DNA from: an uncultured Chloroflexia bacterium | GTDB taxonomy: Bacteria; Chloroflexota; Anaerolineae; Anaerolineales; UBA11858 | Assembly: GCA_963827805.1 (NCBI GenBank) | Contig: CAWHCC010000008.1 | Location: 26,921 to 90,920 of the forward strand | Reading direction: 5' to 3' | DNA: 64,000 nucleotides | Part shown: positions 10,859 to 20,713 of the stretch, in pieces | Layout of the letters: each line of letters opens with the position of its first letter | Numbering within the stretch: position 1 is the first letter of the stretch | The notes under the pieces: generated by a model | Seen by the model: the letters and a program-made list of their open reading frames with translations, nothing else | Told to the model about the DNA's origin: nothing | Database searches by the model: none | Position numbers and translations under genes: made by a program

Positions 10859-12535
10859 CTAAAAACCTAAATCCTGATTCCGCCACGGGAACCGTTGGTC
10901 TTCAGTCTCTTCGTGATAGATCTCGAGCCAAGTTGCCATGCGTTCGTGTTCTTGCTCCATTCGATCTTGCTCCTGTTGGGCAACCAACTCTTCCATGCGA
11001 CGGGAAATATCTTGGTGGACAACCGATGGATCATGAACTCCGTCAAAACTAAACGTTTCATCGCCAACATTGATATAGACATTTCCCACATTAAGAATCA
11101 ACCCGATAATGCTCGGCACTTCATGCCCTAAACTCTGGATATTCTTGATGGGGGCCGAGCGGAAAGATTCTTTTCCGAAAGGTTTCTTATCCCGGTCGAT
11201 AATCAGATCGCGAGTTACCCGATATAGATCGTTGCGCCAGTCTTCATATTCGTACAGCCACCAAAAGAAAAACCCAACCGTTGCCAAAGCTGTAATCCAC
11301 CAAATCCATTTTCCCCCATTGATTTCATTAATAACCAAATAAGCTGATAGAAAAGAAATAGCAATTAATGACAATATAAAAACGATATTTGGGGCCAACG
11401 AATTTTTGAGGAAGATGGACCAATGTTTACGATAAGTGATGGTATCGCCATCAACAATACGCGTTTTGAAGATTGCAAATCGTCCTGGCTTCTTCGCTGC
11501 TACTGGGGGGATAGAGCTTGGCTCTTCGAAGGCAGCCTCCTCACCCTCAATTTCCAACCGATCACGGATCGTTTGCCGGATCGCGGTTAACTGGTCACGT
11601 TGTGAGCGACGCCGTGAGCGTAAAATAAACCCTTGGATGAGTTCTTTCATCCGCTCAGGATGATGCACATCTGACATGTGTAATTCGCTGTTAAAGGTTC
11701 GAACGATCAGATCACCAACTTGAATGGCACGATGGAAGAAATTCCCGGTTTGAATATTCATAGATTGGATTGTCCGGAGGGGAGTTTCTTGACGGCTGGT
11801 GCCTCGGAACAGGATTCGTTCTCTCCAAACCACGCGAACATTGGTGACGATAAAATAGTCGTTTCGCCATTCTGCCCAGGCCCAAAGGATGGCCAGAAAC
11901 CCTACCAAAGCTAAGCTGCCTCCGACAATCCAAGCGAAAGCCAGCAACCCAGCCATCTGATTGAAGAGCAGCGAAACTGCTGTCAGAATGGTCAGGTCAA
12001 AAGAAACCAACACTGCCATCAAAAGGATTTCACCTACCAAACGGATGGGATGCCGGCGAGTAATCAGATTGATATATTCGCCCTCGCCAAGCCAATCGAT
12101 ATGTAAGCGGCTAGAAATTTCATGGGTGCGGGAGAAAGCAGCCAGGTAGGGTTCCACCTGGGGATATTTTTCACGCAGCCAATCGAAATCATTTGAGTTA
12201 AGGTAATACAAGTCAACAGCATCAAAAGCAGAAACCGTTGCAGAACGCTCCCGGTTGAAATAGAGGGCATCTTCTCCAACTGTATCACCCACATCAAAAA
12301 TGGCGAGTTCGATTTCGGAACCTATTTCATCATCAAAACGGCTGATGCGTAATTTCCCCCGCGCAACAAAATATATATTATCACCCTCATCACCCTCTCT
12401 GAAAATCACTTCACCTATTTTGTATTGAACATATTTCAAACGGCCAGCAATAATGCCAAGGTCATCATCGCTCAATTCATTGAAGATCTGAACTTGTTGG
12501 AGGAAATTAACTCGTTTTTCGATTTCGGGTAACAT
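10859..12535 (-). CDS. Membrane protein with an N-terminal cyclic-nucleotide-binding domain and two bacterial PH (YdbS/YdbT-like) domains
   Basis: A cNMP-binding fold at the N-terminus, TM helices, then two bPH_2-like segments (DYFIVTNVRVVWRER… and NDLYRVTRDLIIDRDKK). Confidence 0.65.
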   Translation of the reverse strand: MLPEIEKRVNFLQQVQIFNELSDDDLGIIAGRLKYVQYKIGEVIFREGDEGDNIYFVARGKLRISRFDDEIGSEIELAIFDVGDTVGEDALYFNRERSATVSAFDAVDLYYLNSNDFDWLREKYPQVEPYLAAFSRTHEISSRLHIDWLGEGEYINLITRRHPIRLVGEILLMAVLVSFDLTILTAVSLLFNQMAGLLAFAWIVGGSLALVGFLAILWAWAEWRNDYFIVTNVRVVWRERILFRGTSRQETPLRTIQSMNIQTGNFFHRAIQVGDLIVRTFNSELHMSDVHHPERMKELIQGFILRSRRRSQRDQLTAIRQTIRDRLEIEGEEAAFEEPSSIPPVAAKKPGRFAIFKTRIVDGDTITYRKHWSIFLKNSLAPNIVFILSLIAISFLSAYLVINEINGGKWIWWITALATVGFFFWWLYEYEDWRNDLYRVTRDLIIDRDKKPFGKESFRSAPIKNIQSLGHEVPSIIGLILNVGNVYINVGDETFSFDGVHDPSVVHQDISRRMEELVAQQEQDRMEQEHERMATWLEIYHEETEDQRFPWRNQDLGF

Positions 12536-12695
12536 AGCCTGATTTTAGCATGAATTTATGGGTCTCTGGGAAATCACAGGATGGCGTCAACCTGTTCAAG
12601 TGTTTAGCCTACAGAAAACCCATTGGTGCTGATCTCATCATGATCGCGTAACCATGATAAAATTCGGTTCATTTTACGCTTTAGGAGCAAGAAAT

Positions 12696-14153
12696 ATGCC
12701 TATTCATTTTGGAACGGATGGCTGGCGTGCAGTCATCTCTGACACATTTACCTTTCACAATTTACGGCTGGTATCGCAAGCCATCGCGGATGCGGTTAAA
12801 ACTGGGCACTGGAACAATGATGAATGGGGAGAAGATATTGACCCGAAGAAAATCATCGTGGGTTTTGATACACGTTTTCTCTCAGATCGTTTCGCGGGAG
12901 ATGTTGCCCGGGTTTTAGCAGCCAATGGCTTTACAGTTTGCCTAAGTCAAGCCGACTGCCCCACCCCCGCGATCTCATATGCGGTTCGGCATCATAAGGC
13001 TGCCGCAGGGATCGTGATCACGGCTTCCCATAATGCCCCGCGCTATAACGGGATCAAACTCAAAGCAGCTTATGGTGGATCAGCTCTCCCTGAGCAATCC
13101 CGCCGGGTTGAAATTTATCTCAACGATAATGAAGAGCGCGGCCGCGGCCCCAACCTGATGGATTGGGATGTGGCCCGCGATATGAACCTGATCGAAAGAT
13201 TCAACCCGCTCCCTGCTTACTACGAGCACTTGCGGACATTAATCGACTTTGATGCTATTGCTGAGAATCCACCGCGGGTTGTGGTTGATTCGATGCACGG
13301 ATCGGGGCGCGGCGTCATCAAAGGCATCTTGCAAGGGACAGGATGCGAGGTGACCGAAATTCGGGGCGAGATGAACCCTGGATTTGGCGGCACCCACCCC
13401 GAACCCATTGGGCATAACCTGGGTGCGCTGGCAGGTGCTCTCAGCACCGGGATCGGAGATCTCGGCCTGGCCACAGATGGGGATGCTGACCGCATCGGTG
13501 CTATGGATGAACGCGGCAATTTCGTCGACCCACACAAAATCATGGCTCTAGCTTTCCAATATTTGGTGGAAGTGCGTGGCTGGCGAGGACCCGTTGTGCG
13601 CACCGTGTCGACCACTCGCATGATTGACCGTTTGGCTAAACGTTTTGATTTACCCGTTTACGAAACGCCAGTGGGCTTCAACCATATTGCCGATTATATG
13701 CTCAAAGAAGATGTTCTGATCGGCGGCGAAGAATCCGGCGGCATTTCATTTAGAGGGAATATCCCCGAAGGTGATGGCATTTTGATGGGGCTGCTGTTGG
13801 TAGAAATTGTAGCCACCTCAGGCAAATCGCTCCATACGCTGGTCAACGATCTGCTTGAAGATGTTGGCCCTGCTTTTTACGAGCGGCGTGATTTGCGTTT
13901 GAAACACCCTGTCGCGAAAAAAGCCATGACAGCACAACTGAAAGATCACGCCCCTGAAAAAATCGGTGACATCTGCCTCCGTGAGGTTCAAACGGTCGAT
14001 GGGGTGAAATATATTATGGATGAAGGGTCTTGGCTTTTGATCCGCCCATCGGGTACGGAGCCAGTATTAAGGGTTTATGCCGAGGGCCGCAGTCCAGAAA
14101 TTATTGAGGACTTGCTTCATTTTGGGGAAGAAATTGCCAGCAGTGTGGCTTAA
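12696..14153 (+). CDS. Alpha-D-phosphohexomutase family protein (phosphoglucomutase/phosphomannomutase)
   Basis: Active-site TASHNAP, GTDGWR N-terminus and the Mg loop DGDADR. Start placed at the ATG at 12696, preceded by an AGGAG RBS. Confidence 0.8.
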   Translation: MPIHFGTDGWRAVISDTFTFHNLRLVSQAIADAVKTGHWNNDEWGEDIDPKKIIVGFDTRFLSDRFAGDVARVLAANGFTVCLSQADCPTPAISYAVRHHKAAAGIVITASHNAPRYNGIKLKAAYGGSALPEQSRRVEIYLNDNEERGRGPNLMDWDVARDMNLIERFNPLPAYYEHLRTLIDFDAIAENPPRVVVDSMHGSGRGVIKGILQGTGCEVTEIRGEMNPGFGGTHPEPIGHNLGALAGALSTGIGDLGLATDGDADRIGAMDERGNFVDPHKIMALAFQYLVEVRGWRGPVVRTVSTTRMIDRLAKRFDLPVYETPVGFNHIADYMLKEDVLIGGEESGGISFRGNIPEGDGILMGLLLVEIVATSGKSLHTLVNDLLEDVGPAFYERRDLRLKHPVAKKAMTAQLKDHAPEKIGDICLREVQTVDGVKYIMDEGSWLLIRPSGTEPVLRVYAEGRSPEIIEDLLHFGEEIASSVA

Positions 14154-14173
14154 CTAAATCCCAAGGAATCGCG

Positions 14174-14211
14174 CAGGCAGAACGTCATGATGACGTTCTG
14201 CCTGTTTTTTT
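14174..14211 (+). terminator. Intrinsic terminator (14-bp stem plus T7) between convergent genes
   Basis: caggcagaacgtca-tga-tgacgttctgcctg followed by ttttttt. Confidence 0.6.
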
Positions 14212-14258
14212 ATATATTTCAATTTATCCCCACAATTTTTGGAGAACGGAAGTGAAAT

Positions 14259-14870
14259 TTAGGAGTTTACAGTCCTCAACCTTCGGGCCAAGAAGATCAC
14301 TACCACCAAAGCGGCAGCTAACGCAATCATCCCTGGGATCCCAAAATCGTCCGCGAAGCCAGTATCCGGCAAGCCCGTAGCTGCGGGTGTAGCCGTACCA
14401 CCTCCAGCTTGCTGGGTTAGCAATGCCGAAACCGTGGCGGTACGCGGATCTGTAGTGGCTTGCACAGCCCCAGCCGGCGTATCCGTGGGCGCTAACACAG
14501 GGGTAGGACTCGATGTCGCGGTAATCGGAGCGGGTGATGATGTTCCCGTGGGGGTATGCGTCCAAGCTTGCGCTTGAGCCGTCATCTCTGCGGCCATGGC
14601 AACTTCGGTATTTTGGATATTTATTTGGGCAGCCTGTGTGCTCTGCGCATCACGCCGCTGGGGCATGAACACCATTGCATACACAGCCATGCAGACCAGC
14701 GCCAAAATTAGAACAGCACCTAAAATACCTGCAACCAGCCAGAACGTTCGGTTGTCACTCCCCCCCTCTGAGGCATCATCATCTTCAAAGTCATCGAATT
14801 CATCTACGGGTTCATCATCTTCAAATTCGAAATCACTAAAATCATCCATATTATTTCCTTTCTCCTCCAA
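14259..14870 (-). CDS. LPXTG-motif (LPDTG) cell-wall-sorting protein with an acidic cytoplasmic N-terminus and a signal-anchor TM
   Basis: The C-terminus reads LPDTG, then a hydrophobic helix, then RRLR, a classic sortase signal. The middle is Thr/Pro/Ala-rich. The N-terminus, MEEKGNNMDDFSDFEFEDDE…, precedes a TM helix. Confidence 0.6.
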   Translation of the reverse strand: MEEKGNNMDDFSDFEFEDDEPVDEFDDFEDDDASEGGSDNRTFWLVAGILGAVLILALVCMAVYAMVFMPQRRDAQSTQAAQINIQNTEVAMAAEMTAQAQAWTHTPTGTSSPAPITATSSPTPVLAPTDTPAGAVQATTDPRTATVSALLTQQAGGGTATPAATGLPDTGFADDFGIPGMIALAAALVVVIFLARRLRTVNS

Positions 14871-14917
14871 TAATCTAACTCAGCAATATGAGAATATTAT
14901 TGCTATCATTAGATATA

Positions 14918-15973
14918 TTACGTCAAAACTTCAAGATTTGCCAGGGGAACAATCGCAGTTTCTCCATTTTCGAGATTGATTTTGGCTGATTTAGCCCGCA
15001 ATCCACTGGGAAGTTCCGCTGGTTTACCGAGAATATACTCTATCGTACCAATTGAATTTTGATCTTTCGCACGCATCAGGCGCACTTTTTGGCCTGCGGC
15101 ATAGTCTTCGGTTTCCACCGGAAGGCTGGGATCGTTAGAAGACGATAACGGGATGGCTATCTCTGGACGAGTCCCCAAAAAATGATCAAAAGGAACCGCG
15201 TTGATAGAAACCTCGCGATTCTGGTTGGTGGTTAGCAAATTATAGCTTGCTGAATCTAATGGTCGGAAACCAAAACCGCGCAGCACAACAATAGGGTACG
15301 GCATTTTTTCAGCCAGAGGAACCAAAGCGGCTGACATGCTGGAGAGGATAAGACCCTTTATCGGAATATCCACCGCGTTGCGGAGTGCTTTTGGCTGGTC
15401 ACAATAGCCACTTAATATGACTGTTCCTCGCAGGCTGACATCTAATTGATCGCTGCTCAATTTTCCATCTGGCGCTTCAAGCATGTTCTGCATCAATCCA
15501 AAATCCATATGTCCATTTCCCCAGACACCTTGAATTAACGCCCCTACAGTTTCGATTACCGCGCCGCGATCAGATATTAAGTCAGTGACAACACCAGCCA
15601 TGCCAGATCGAAGTTCATGCGGTAAAGTATCAACTTCAAGTAGAATTTTCCCGTTACGAATAATGGAAATTCTGCCAGAAACCGGCGCTCGTAATACTCG
15701 GCGGGTGATGCCGACAGGACCAGCAATCAAATCACCTTCAGCAACTTCATCTCCAGCCTCACGCTGAATAAAAGATTGTGCTTCTTTAGCAGAAACACCC
15801 AAAGCGCGCGGGACATTGAGCAACAAATGTTCTGGAGCTAAAGTCGCTTCAGCGATGATATCACGGGGCGCAACTTTTTGCCCCTGACGAACAAGCACCC
15901 TCCCCGATACGGGAAGCGCTCGTTCTCGCCGGATGGTGGTCAGGGGCAACACATGAACAATGGAGGCCAACAT
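14918..15973 (-). CDS. Hypothetical protein (possible beta-rich SAF/barrel-like fold)
   Basis: 351-aa ORF in an operon with the flanking genes. No confident family assignment. Confidence 0.45.
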   Translation of the reverse strand: MLASIVHVLPLTTIRRERALPVSGRVLVRQGQKVAPRDIIAEATLAPEHLLLNVPRALGVSAKEAQSFIQREAGDEVAEGDLIAGPVGITRRVLRAPVSGRISIIRNGKILLEVDTLPHELRSGMAGVVTDLISDRGAVIETVGALIQGVWGNGHMDFGLMQNMLEAPDGKLSSDQLDVSLRGTVILSGYCDQPKALRNAVDIPIKGLILSSMSAALVPLAEKMPYPIVVLRGFGFRPLDSASYNLLTTNQNREVSINAVPFDHFLGTRPEIAIPLSSSNDPSLPVETEDYAAGQKVRLMRAKDQNSIGTIEYILGKPAELPSGLRAKSAKINLENGETAIVPLANLEVLT

Positions 15974-16104
15974 AACTTTTGTATCCTATCTATCTGGATT
16001 TTATTTTCAACTGCTCTCCGGCATTCGCGAATTCGATCTCATACCGAAATTTTTTAAACATACCGAAATTTATAATCAACAGTGCAAGATAAATGCCAAA
16101 AGGA

Positions 16105-17856
16105 TTAACTACCAAACACCCACTGCCATTTAGCAAACATTTCCCGTCGCCGGCTGTCATCATTGTGAAGTACTATTGGACGGCCACGAGCATCAATTAC
16201 CACGCCATGCACTCCACCGACCATGCGCAAGCGTCCACCTCGGCCGGGACCTCCCATACCAATATCAAATCTATGAAGGGGTTGTAAGCGCAGGTTGACC
16301 GTTTGCCCCAGAGGCACTGGCAATATTTCTAGGGAGCCATATTTCACTTCCATGCGGGTTTCACTCCCATCCGCATAGGTAATCTGCAAACGTAAGATTG
16401 ATGTACCTGGGCGAGCTTCACCAACAGGTGAAATAACTGCTCCTAAGTTTAACATATTGGCTTCAAGCACTTGAACAACCAAAGTAGGGTTGATATCTGC
16501 GGCAGCACCTAAAGCAGCCGTTAGATTGCCCAGATCTAAAAGTATGGTCGTGATTCCGGTTGGTTGAAGACCATCTAACAAAGTTAACAAGCTGCTCCCA
16601 TGAGAAGGAGCATGTGTGAAAACCCTCCCGCGTGCGAGAATTGGTTCAAAACCAGGCAACAATCCAGGATTAGGGGTTGCTACTCTTCCAGGAAATCCAG
16701 TAGCCGTTTGCTTCGTGCTAAGTCGAATAACTTCACGTACAATAGCCTGTTCGATGGCCTGTTCGATGGCTGTAGCAGGAATAGCAGATGGATATGCTGC
16801 TTTTTGATAGATATAATCTCGAATATCATTATCGCTTAATTCTTCGGTAAGCCAGCGCGAAATATTTTTCAAACGGGTGCGCTTGAGAATGCCTGGCAGG
16901 CCAAGCCCTAAACCAAGATCTGGGTAAACGCCCGAGGTCAGCTGACCAGCAAAACCTGCGGCCACGGTAGCTGCAGAGGCGCCAATATCAATTCCTAAAA
17001 CCCCTTTTTCTGGGTCATACAGGCGGCTGAGAAAACGGATCATACGACCGAAGGCTGATGCAGTTGGCATCAAATTTCCCCCGGTCCACCCATCAATTTC
17101 TTGAACACCGAGAATTTTCTGTCTGCGTATCTGGCGATGAATTTGAGCCAGCTTCATCTGGGCAGCATCCAACTGCTCAATTTCCAATGTTGGGCGAATA
17201 TTAGGCGCAAAATGCAATGTTGCAGCACCATCCAACAAAGATCGAATATCTCGACGAACTGCCTTGTTCCCGGCAAATAACACTTGAGGACGCAAACTTT
17301 CTGGCAATAAACGACAGGCCAATCCTACTGTCTCCAACAGGTTCTTTATGGATCGATCTGCTCCATCCTCGGTGCCACCAGCAGCAATAATCAAATCAGG
17401 GCGTGTTCGCAAAATCAAATCAATTCTGGCATCTTGCTTTCGGCGGTCATTCAAACTCAAAGTTTCAACGACTTCAGCATAAGTAGTCGCAGCCAAGCGT
17501 CGAGCGCTTTCTAAAGAAACATTTTCTAATAAACCTACAGCCACCACTTTGAGTGGCGGACCTACAGAAATTGTAGCAGCCAAAGAATCAACCCCAGAGC
17601 CATCCGAAGCACTCGGCATAATGATGCTTTCATCGTCTCGCAATAGTAAACGCCCTGAGATTTCTTGAAGCTGATCCAAGGCTCTTCGAACACCTTCACC
17701 GACATCTCGAAATGGTGCGCCTGCGGTTGTTACTGCGGAACCGGCTGCCAGGAAACGATAGCGGCCATCTACCACATCGAACAAAAGGGCACGAGTCGTA
17801 GTCGTCCCAATATCGATTGAAAGAAGAGAATCTGCGGAGACAAGTGATGTGGTCAT
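16105..17856 (-). CDS. ASKHA-superfamily (actin/Hsp70/sugar-kinase fold) ATPase-like protein
   Basis: The N-terminal phosphate-1 motif SIDIGTTTTRALLFD resembles PilM-, GlmL- and hydantoinase-type nucleotide-binding motifs. 583 aa. Confidence 0.5.
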   Translation of the reverse strand: MTTSLVSADSLLSIDIGTTTTRALLFDVVDGRYRFLAAGSAVTTAGAPFRDVGEGVRRALDQLQEISGRLLLRDDESIIMPSASDGSGVDSLAATISVGPPLKVVAVGLLENVSLESARRLAATTYAEVVETLSLNDRRKQDARIDLILRTRPDLIIAAGGTEDGADRSIKNLLETVGLACRLLPESLRPQVLFAGNKAVRRDIRSLLDGAATLHFAPNIRPTLEIEQLDAAQMKLAQIHRQIRRQKILGVQEIDGWTGGNLMPTASAFGRMIRFLSRLYDPEKGVLGIDIGASAATVAAGFAGQLTSGVYPDLGLGLGLPGILKRTRLKNISRWLTEELSDNDIRDYIYQKAAYPSAIPATAIEQAIEQAIVREVIRLSTKQTATGFPGRVATPNPGLLPGFEPILARGRVFTHAPSHGSSLLTLLDGLQPTGITTILLDLGNLTAALGAAADINPTLVVQVLEANMLNLGAVISPVGEARPGTSILRLQITYADGSETRMEVKYGSLEILPVPLGQTVNLRLQPLHRFDIGMGGPGRGGRLRMVGGVHGVVIDARGRPIVLHNDDSRRREMFAKWQWVFGS

Positions 17857-17860
17857 AATG

Positions 17861-20713
17861 CTACGAGATGAAATTTAAAATCAGATTCCATAAATAAGAA
17901 ACTCGCTCGATAAGGGCGGTAATCGCGGCTAAATAAACACCAGAGAACAAGGCTCCAAAAGTAATGGCAATGAAAACCTGACCAACTCCGCCAATAGTTT
18001 CGAGCCACTGAGGCCGCTGGGAAGATTGATCTTCAACACTTTTGCGGCGAATTCCGAAATGGAAATAAAGTAAAGTTGTCAGGGTACCTGCCAGGATTAT
18101 GAATGCATTTAGCGGGTTGCTATTATCTTCGAATACACTCATAGAAGCTGAGGCTTGTGGGTAAATCGTTCCCAAAACGGCACCACCAATGGCAGCCGCA
18201 GCACCCACACCTACTAAATATGCCACCGCAATATTCCCAAGTTTGTTCAAACGCGGCGATATTTTGGTCAGCATAAGCGCACCTAAAATCAAGAAGAGAA
18301 TTGCGAAAAGTTTCTCTCCTCGATTACCATCTACAAAAGGAAAAACCATTTGTGGCAGAATAACATTTTGGATAACAACAATGGTTACATACCCAGCGGT
18401 GACACCGATGAAAAGATGTGCTGCAATCCGGAAGAGAACGTTGTCACCCACTATATAGCTAAATATAAATATAGTTAGCACAAACCCAAGGATTGCGCCG
18501 ATAACGTCTAACATGCTCAAATCGAAAGCACTCATGCAGATTTCTCCTTCCGATTCCTTTCGTCGAGCAAGCAGTGTAGATATTACGGTAATGCCGCCAC
18601 CAATAAGGATTGCACTGACAGCTACAATTAGAACTATATTGAAGGCATCCCAATATGATCGAGCGATATTCGGCCGGGTCATAACTTCGTAGGCGGCACC
18701 CCCGGTCAAGCCACTCACGAAACCATCAATCTGTTTTTGTTGATGCGCAAAATACGGGCGCACCATGGGTTCTGCTTGTGCACTTACCAGTACAACAAGT
18801 GGAACAGCCTCTAATTCTGGATTTACCTGTTCAACCCATGCGCGGGCGGTATTAGGATTATCTGTTATCAATACCACCAGTGAGAAGTCAGATACTTTGT
18901 CGATATTTTTGAGGGGTGCTGTCTCCCAGGCTCGCATACCATCTAAGGTTTCCGGGAAAACCCAGTTGGGGTTGCGAGCAAATGCGCCTAAACCTGTCAC
19001 TCCGCCTGGGACGTACCCCAGGTTTACATACTGATTACCACTGATATAACCGTGACTCCCCTGAATATTATTGATGAAATGTTCTGCCAATAGCGGCCCC
19101 GTCGGCGATGTTGATACCAACACTAGTTTGGTACCTTTCAGCATCATATGATCCACGACAGCAGCAGAGGCAGCCTCCATTTCACCTGCCAACCCAGGTT
19201 CGTAATCAAATGCTAATAATGCAGTATCCTCTGGGGTTAACGCATTCACCAAATTCCTGGTTTCTTCTACACCCATGGGAATATTCCCGGGGGATGGCAT
19301 AGTTGCGATTTCGCTGCCGGCCAAAACTGCCACGAACGCGATCACTACCAAAATCGCGCTCAAGATCATTCGAAAAACCCGTTGACTCGAGATTAATGGC
19401 GGTGTTGGCAATGGCTGAGATTGTTTTTCGGTTTCCAACAAATCTAACAGCACATTAGCATGCGCTTGTTGCGCTTCGGTGATCTGCAGCTTGCTAGAAT
19501 AGACCGGCGGTTTTTTCAAACGCGAGATTTCTGGCTCGGCTGCCAGCACACCGTACAGACCAGCCAATGGCCCAGAATTCTCCATTGGACCGCGTTTTTC
19601 TGAACCAGCTGCATCCGTGGGAGATGATTCAACTGGCCGCATTGCAGCCAACCATCCAGGTAATTCCGCAGGTTCCAAACCATCGACTGGACCTGTTTTT
19701 TCTTGAGTTTGGTCTAAATCAGATAAGGGTTCATCCGCTATCCAATCTGCCAACTGATCCATTTCATAGAGATCATCGACAAACTCAGCATCGCTAGCAG
19801 AAGGTGTGATCTCAACAGGCTCATCTTCAATTGCATCCGTCGCCACTGATATGGGCACATCAGCATCGCGCAACCAGTCTGGGACTGCTCGGGATTCGTC
19901 TAAAGTAGTAGGCGGTATTTCTGGCTCACTATCAGGAAGATTTTCAACCCCCTCGATTTCAGCCAGCCAATCCGGTAAATCCTCTTCAATTACAGGAGAA
20001 GCTTCAATTTCTTCGTCCCCAATATCAGCAAGCCAGGCGGGGATTTCCTCTTGATCTGCTAAAGGGGATGCTGCTTCCTTAGATAATGGGGCTTCAACGC
20101 CTTCAACATCTGACAGCCAGTCAGGAATACCTTCTTCATTTGCGGGTGGAACCACACTTTCAATTTCATCACCAGTCGCCAACCACTCGGGGGTATCCCC
20201 CCTGTCGTCACCAGCTTTGGCCAAACCAGCAGTCAGCCCAATCTTAGCAGCCATGCTGCCAATATCATCTTCTTTTTCATCATCCGCCTGCAAGTCCTGT
20301 AAATTCTCTTCCAAGACAGGGGGCGCCGCAGCTTCGACACTTGCATCGATATCATCTCTCAACCAAGCCGGGAGTTCATCGCCCGCCGGCAAAGGGGAGT
20401 CTGCTATTTGAGACTGTACTTCCTCTTCGTTTGGCGTTTCTTCTTGCTCATCAAAACTCGTCAGCCAAGCCGGTAAATCATCATCCTGATCAGGGGACGA
20501 GGGGAAACTCTCTGCCTCAAGAGCACTATCTTCAGTGCGCCAGTCCGGACTCGCCGCATCCGCTTCTGACATCTGAACCGTGGGTTCTGAAGTTCCTTCT
20601 TCTTGTTCATCAAATCCAGCCAACCACTCAGGGATATCATCTTCGGCAGCAACGGCGGCAGCATCTTCGGCTATATCTTCACCTGCAAGCCATTTAGGAA
20701 GGTCATCATCCAT
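17861..20713 (-). CDS. Large membrane protein: an acidic disordered N-terminal half with 11 D-[LI]-P-x-W-L repeats, a TM, a roughly 270-aa extracytoplasmic domain and a C-terminal 6-7 TM bundle
   Basis: 950 aa. Repeats are DLPKWL, DIPEWL, DLPAWL, ELPAWL, DTPEWL, GIPDWL, EIPAWL, DLPDWL, AVPDWL, LADWIA and ELPGWL, each separated by D/E-rich linkers. Confidence 0.6.
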   Translation of the reverse strand: MDDDLPKWLAGEDIAEDAAAVAAEDDIPEWLAGFDEQEEGTSEPTVQMSEADAASPDWRTEDSALEAESFPSSPDQDDDLPAWLTSFDEQEETPNEEEVQSQIADSPLPAGDELPAWLRDDIDASVEAAAPPVLEENLQDLQADDEKEDDIGSMAAKIGLTAGLAKAGDDRGDTPEWLATGDEIESVVPPANEEGIPDWLSDVEGVEAPLSKEAASPLADQEEIPAWLADIGDEEIEASPVIEEDLPDWLAEIEGVENLPDSEPEIPPTTLDESRAVPDWLRDADVPISVATDAIEDEPVEITPSASDAEFVDDLYEMDQLADWIADEPLSDLDQTQEKTGPVDGLEPAELPGWLAAMRPVESSPTDAAGSEKRGPMENSGPLAGLYGVLAAEPEISRLKKPPVYSSKLQITEAQQAHANVLLDLLETEKQSQPLPTPPLISSQRVFRMILSAILVVIAFVAVLAGSEIATMPSPGNIPMGVEETRNLVNALTPEDTALLAFDYEPGLAGEMEAASAAVVDHMMLKGTKLVLVSTSPTGPLLAEHFINNIQGSHGYISGNQYVNLGYVPGGVTGLGAFARNPNWVFPETLDGMRAWETAPLKNIDKVSDFSLVVLITDNPNTARAWVEQVNPELEAVPLVVLVSAQAEPMVRPYFAHQQKQIDGFVSGLTGGAAYEVMTRPNIARSYWDAFNIVLIVAVSAILIGGGITVISTLLARRKESEGEICMSAFDLSMLDVIGAILGFVLTIFIFSYIVGDNVLFRIAAHLFIGVTAGYVTIVVIQNVILPQMVFPFVDGNRGEKLFAILFLILGALMLTKISPRLNKLGNIAVAYLVGVGAAAAIGGAVLGTIYPQASASMSVFEDNSNPLNAFIILAGTLTTLLYFHFGIRRKSVEDQSSQRPQWLETIGGVGQVFIAITFGALFSGVYLAAITALIERVSYLWNLILNFIS

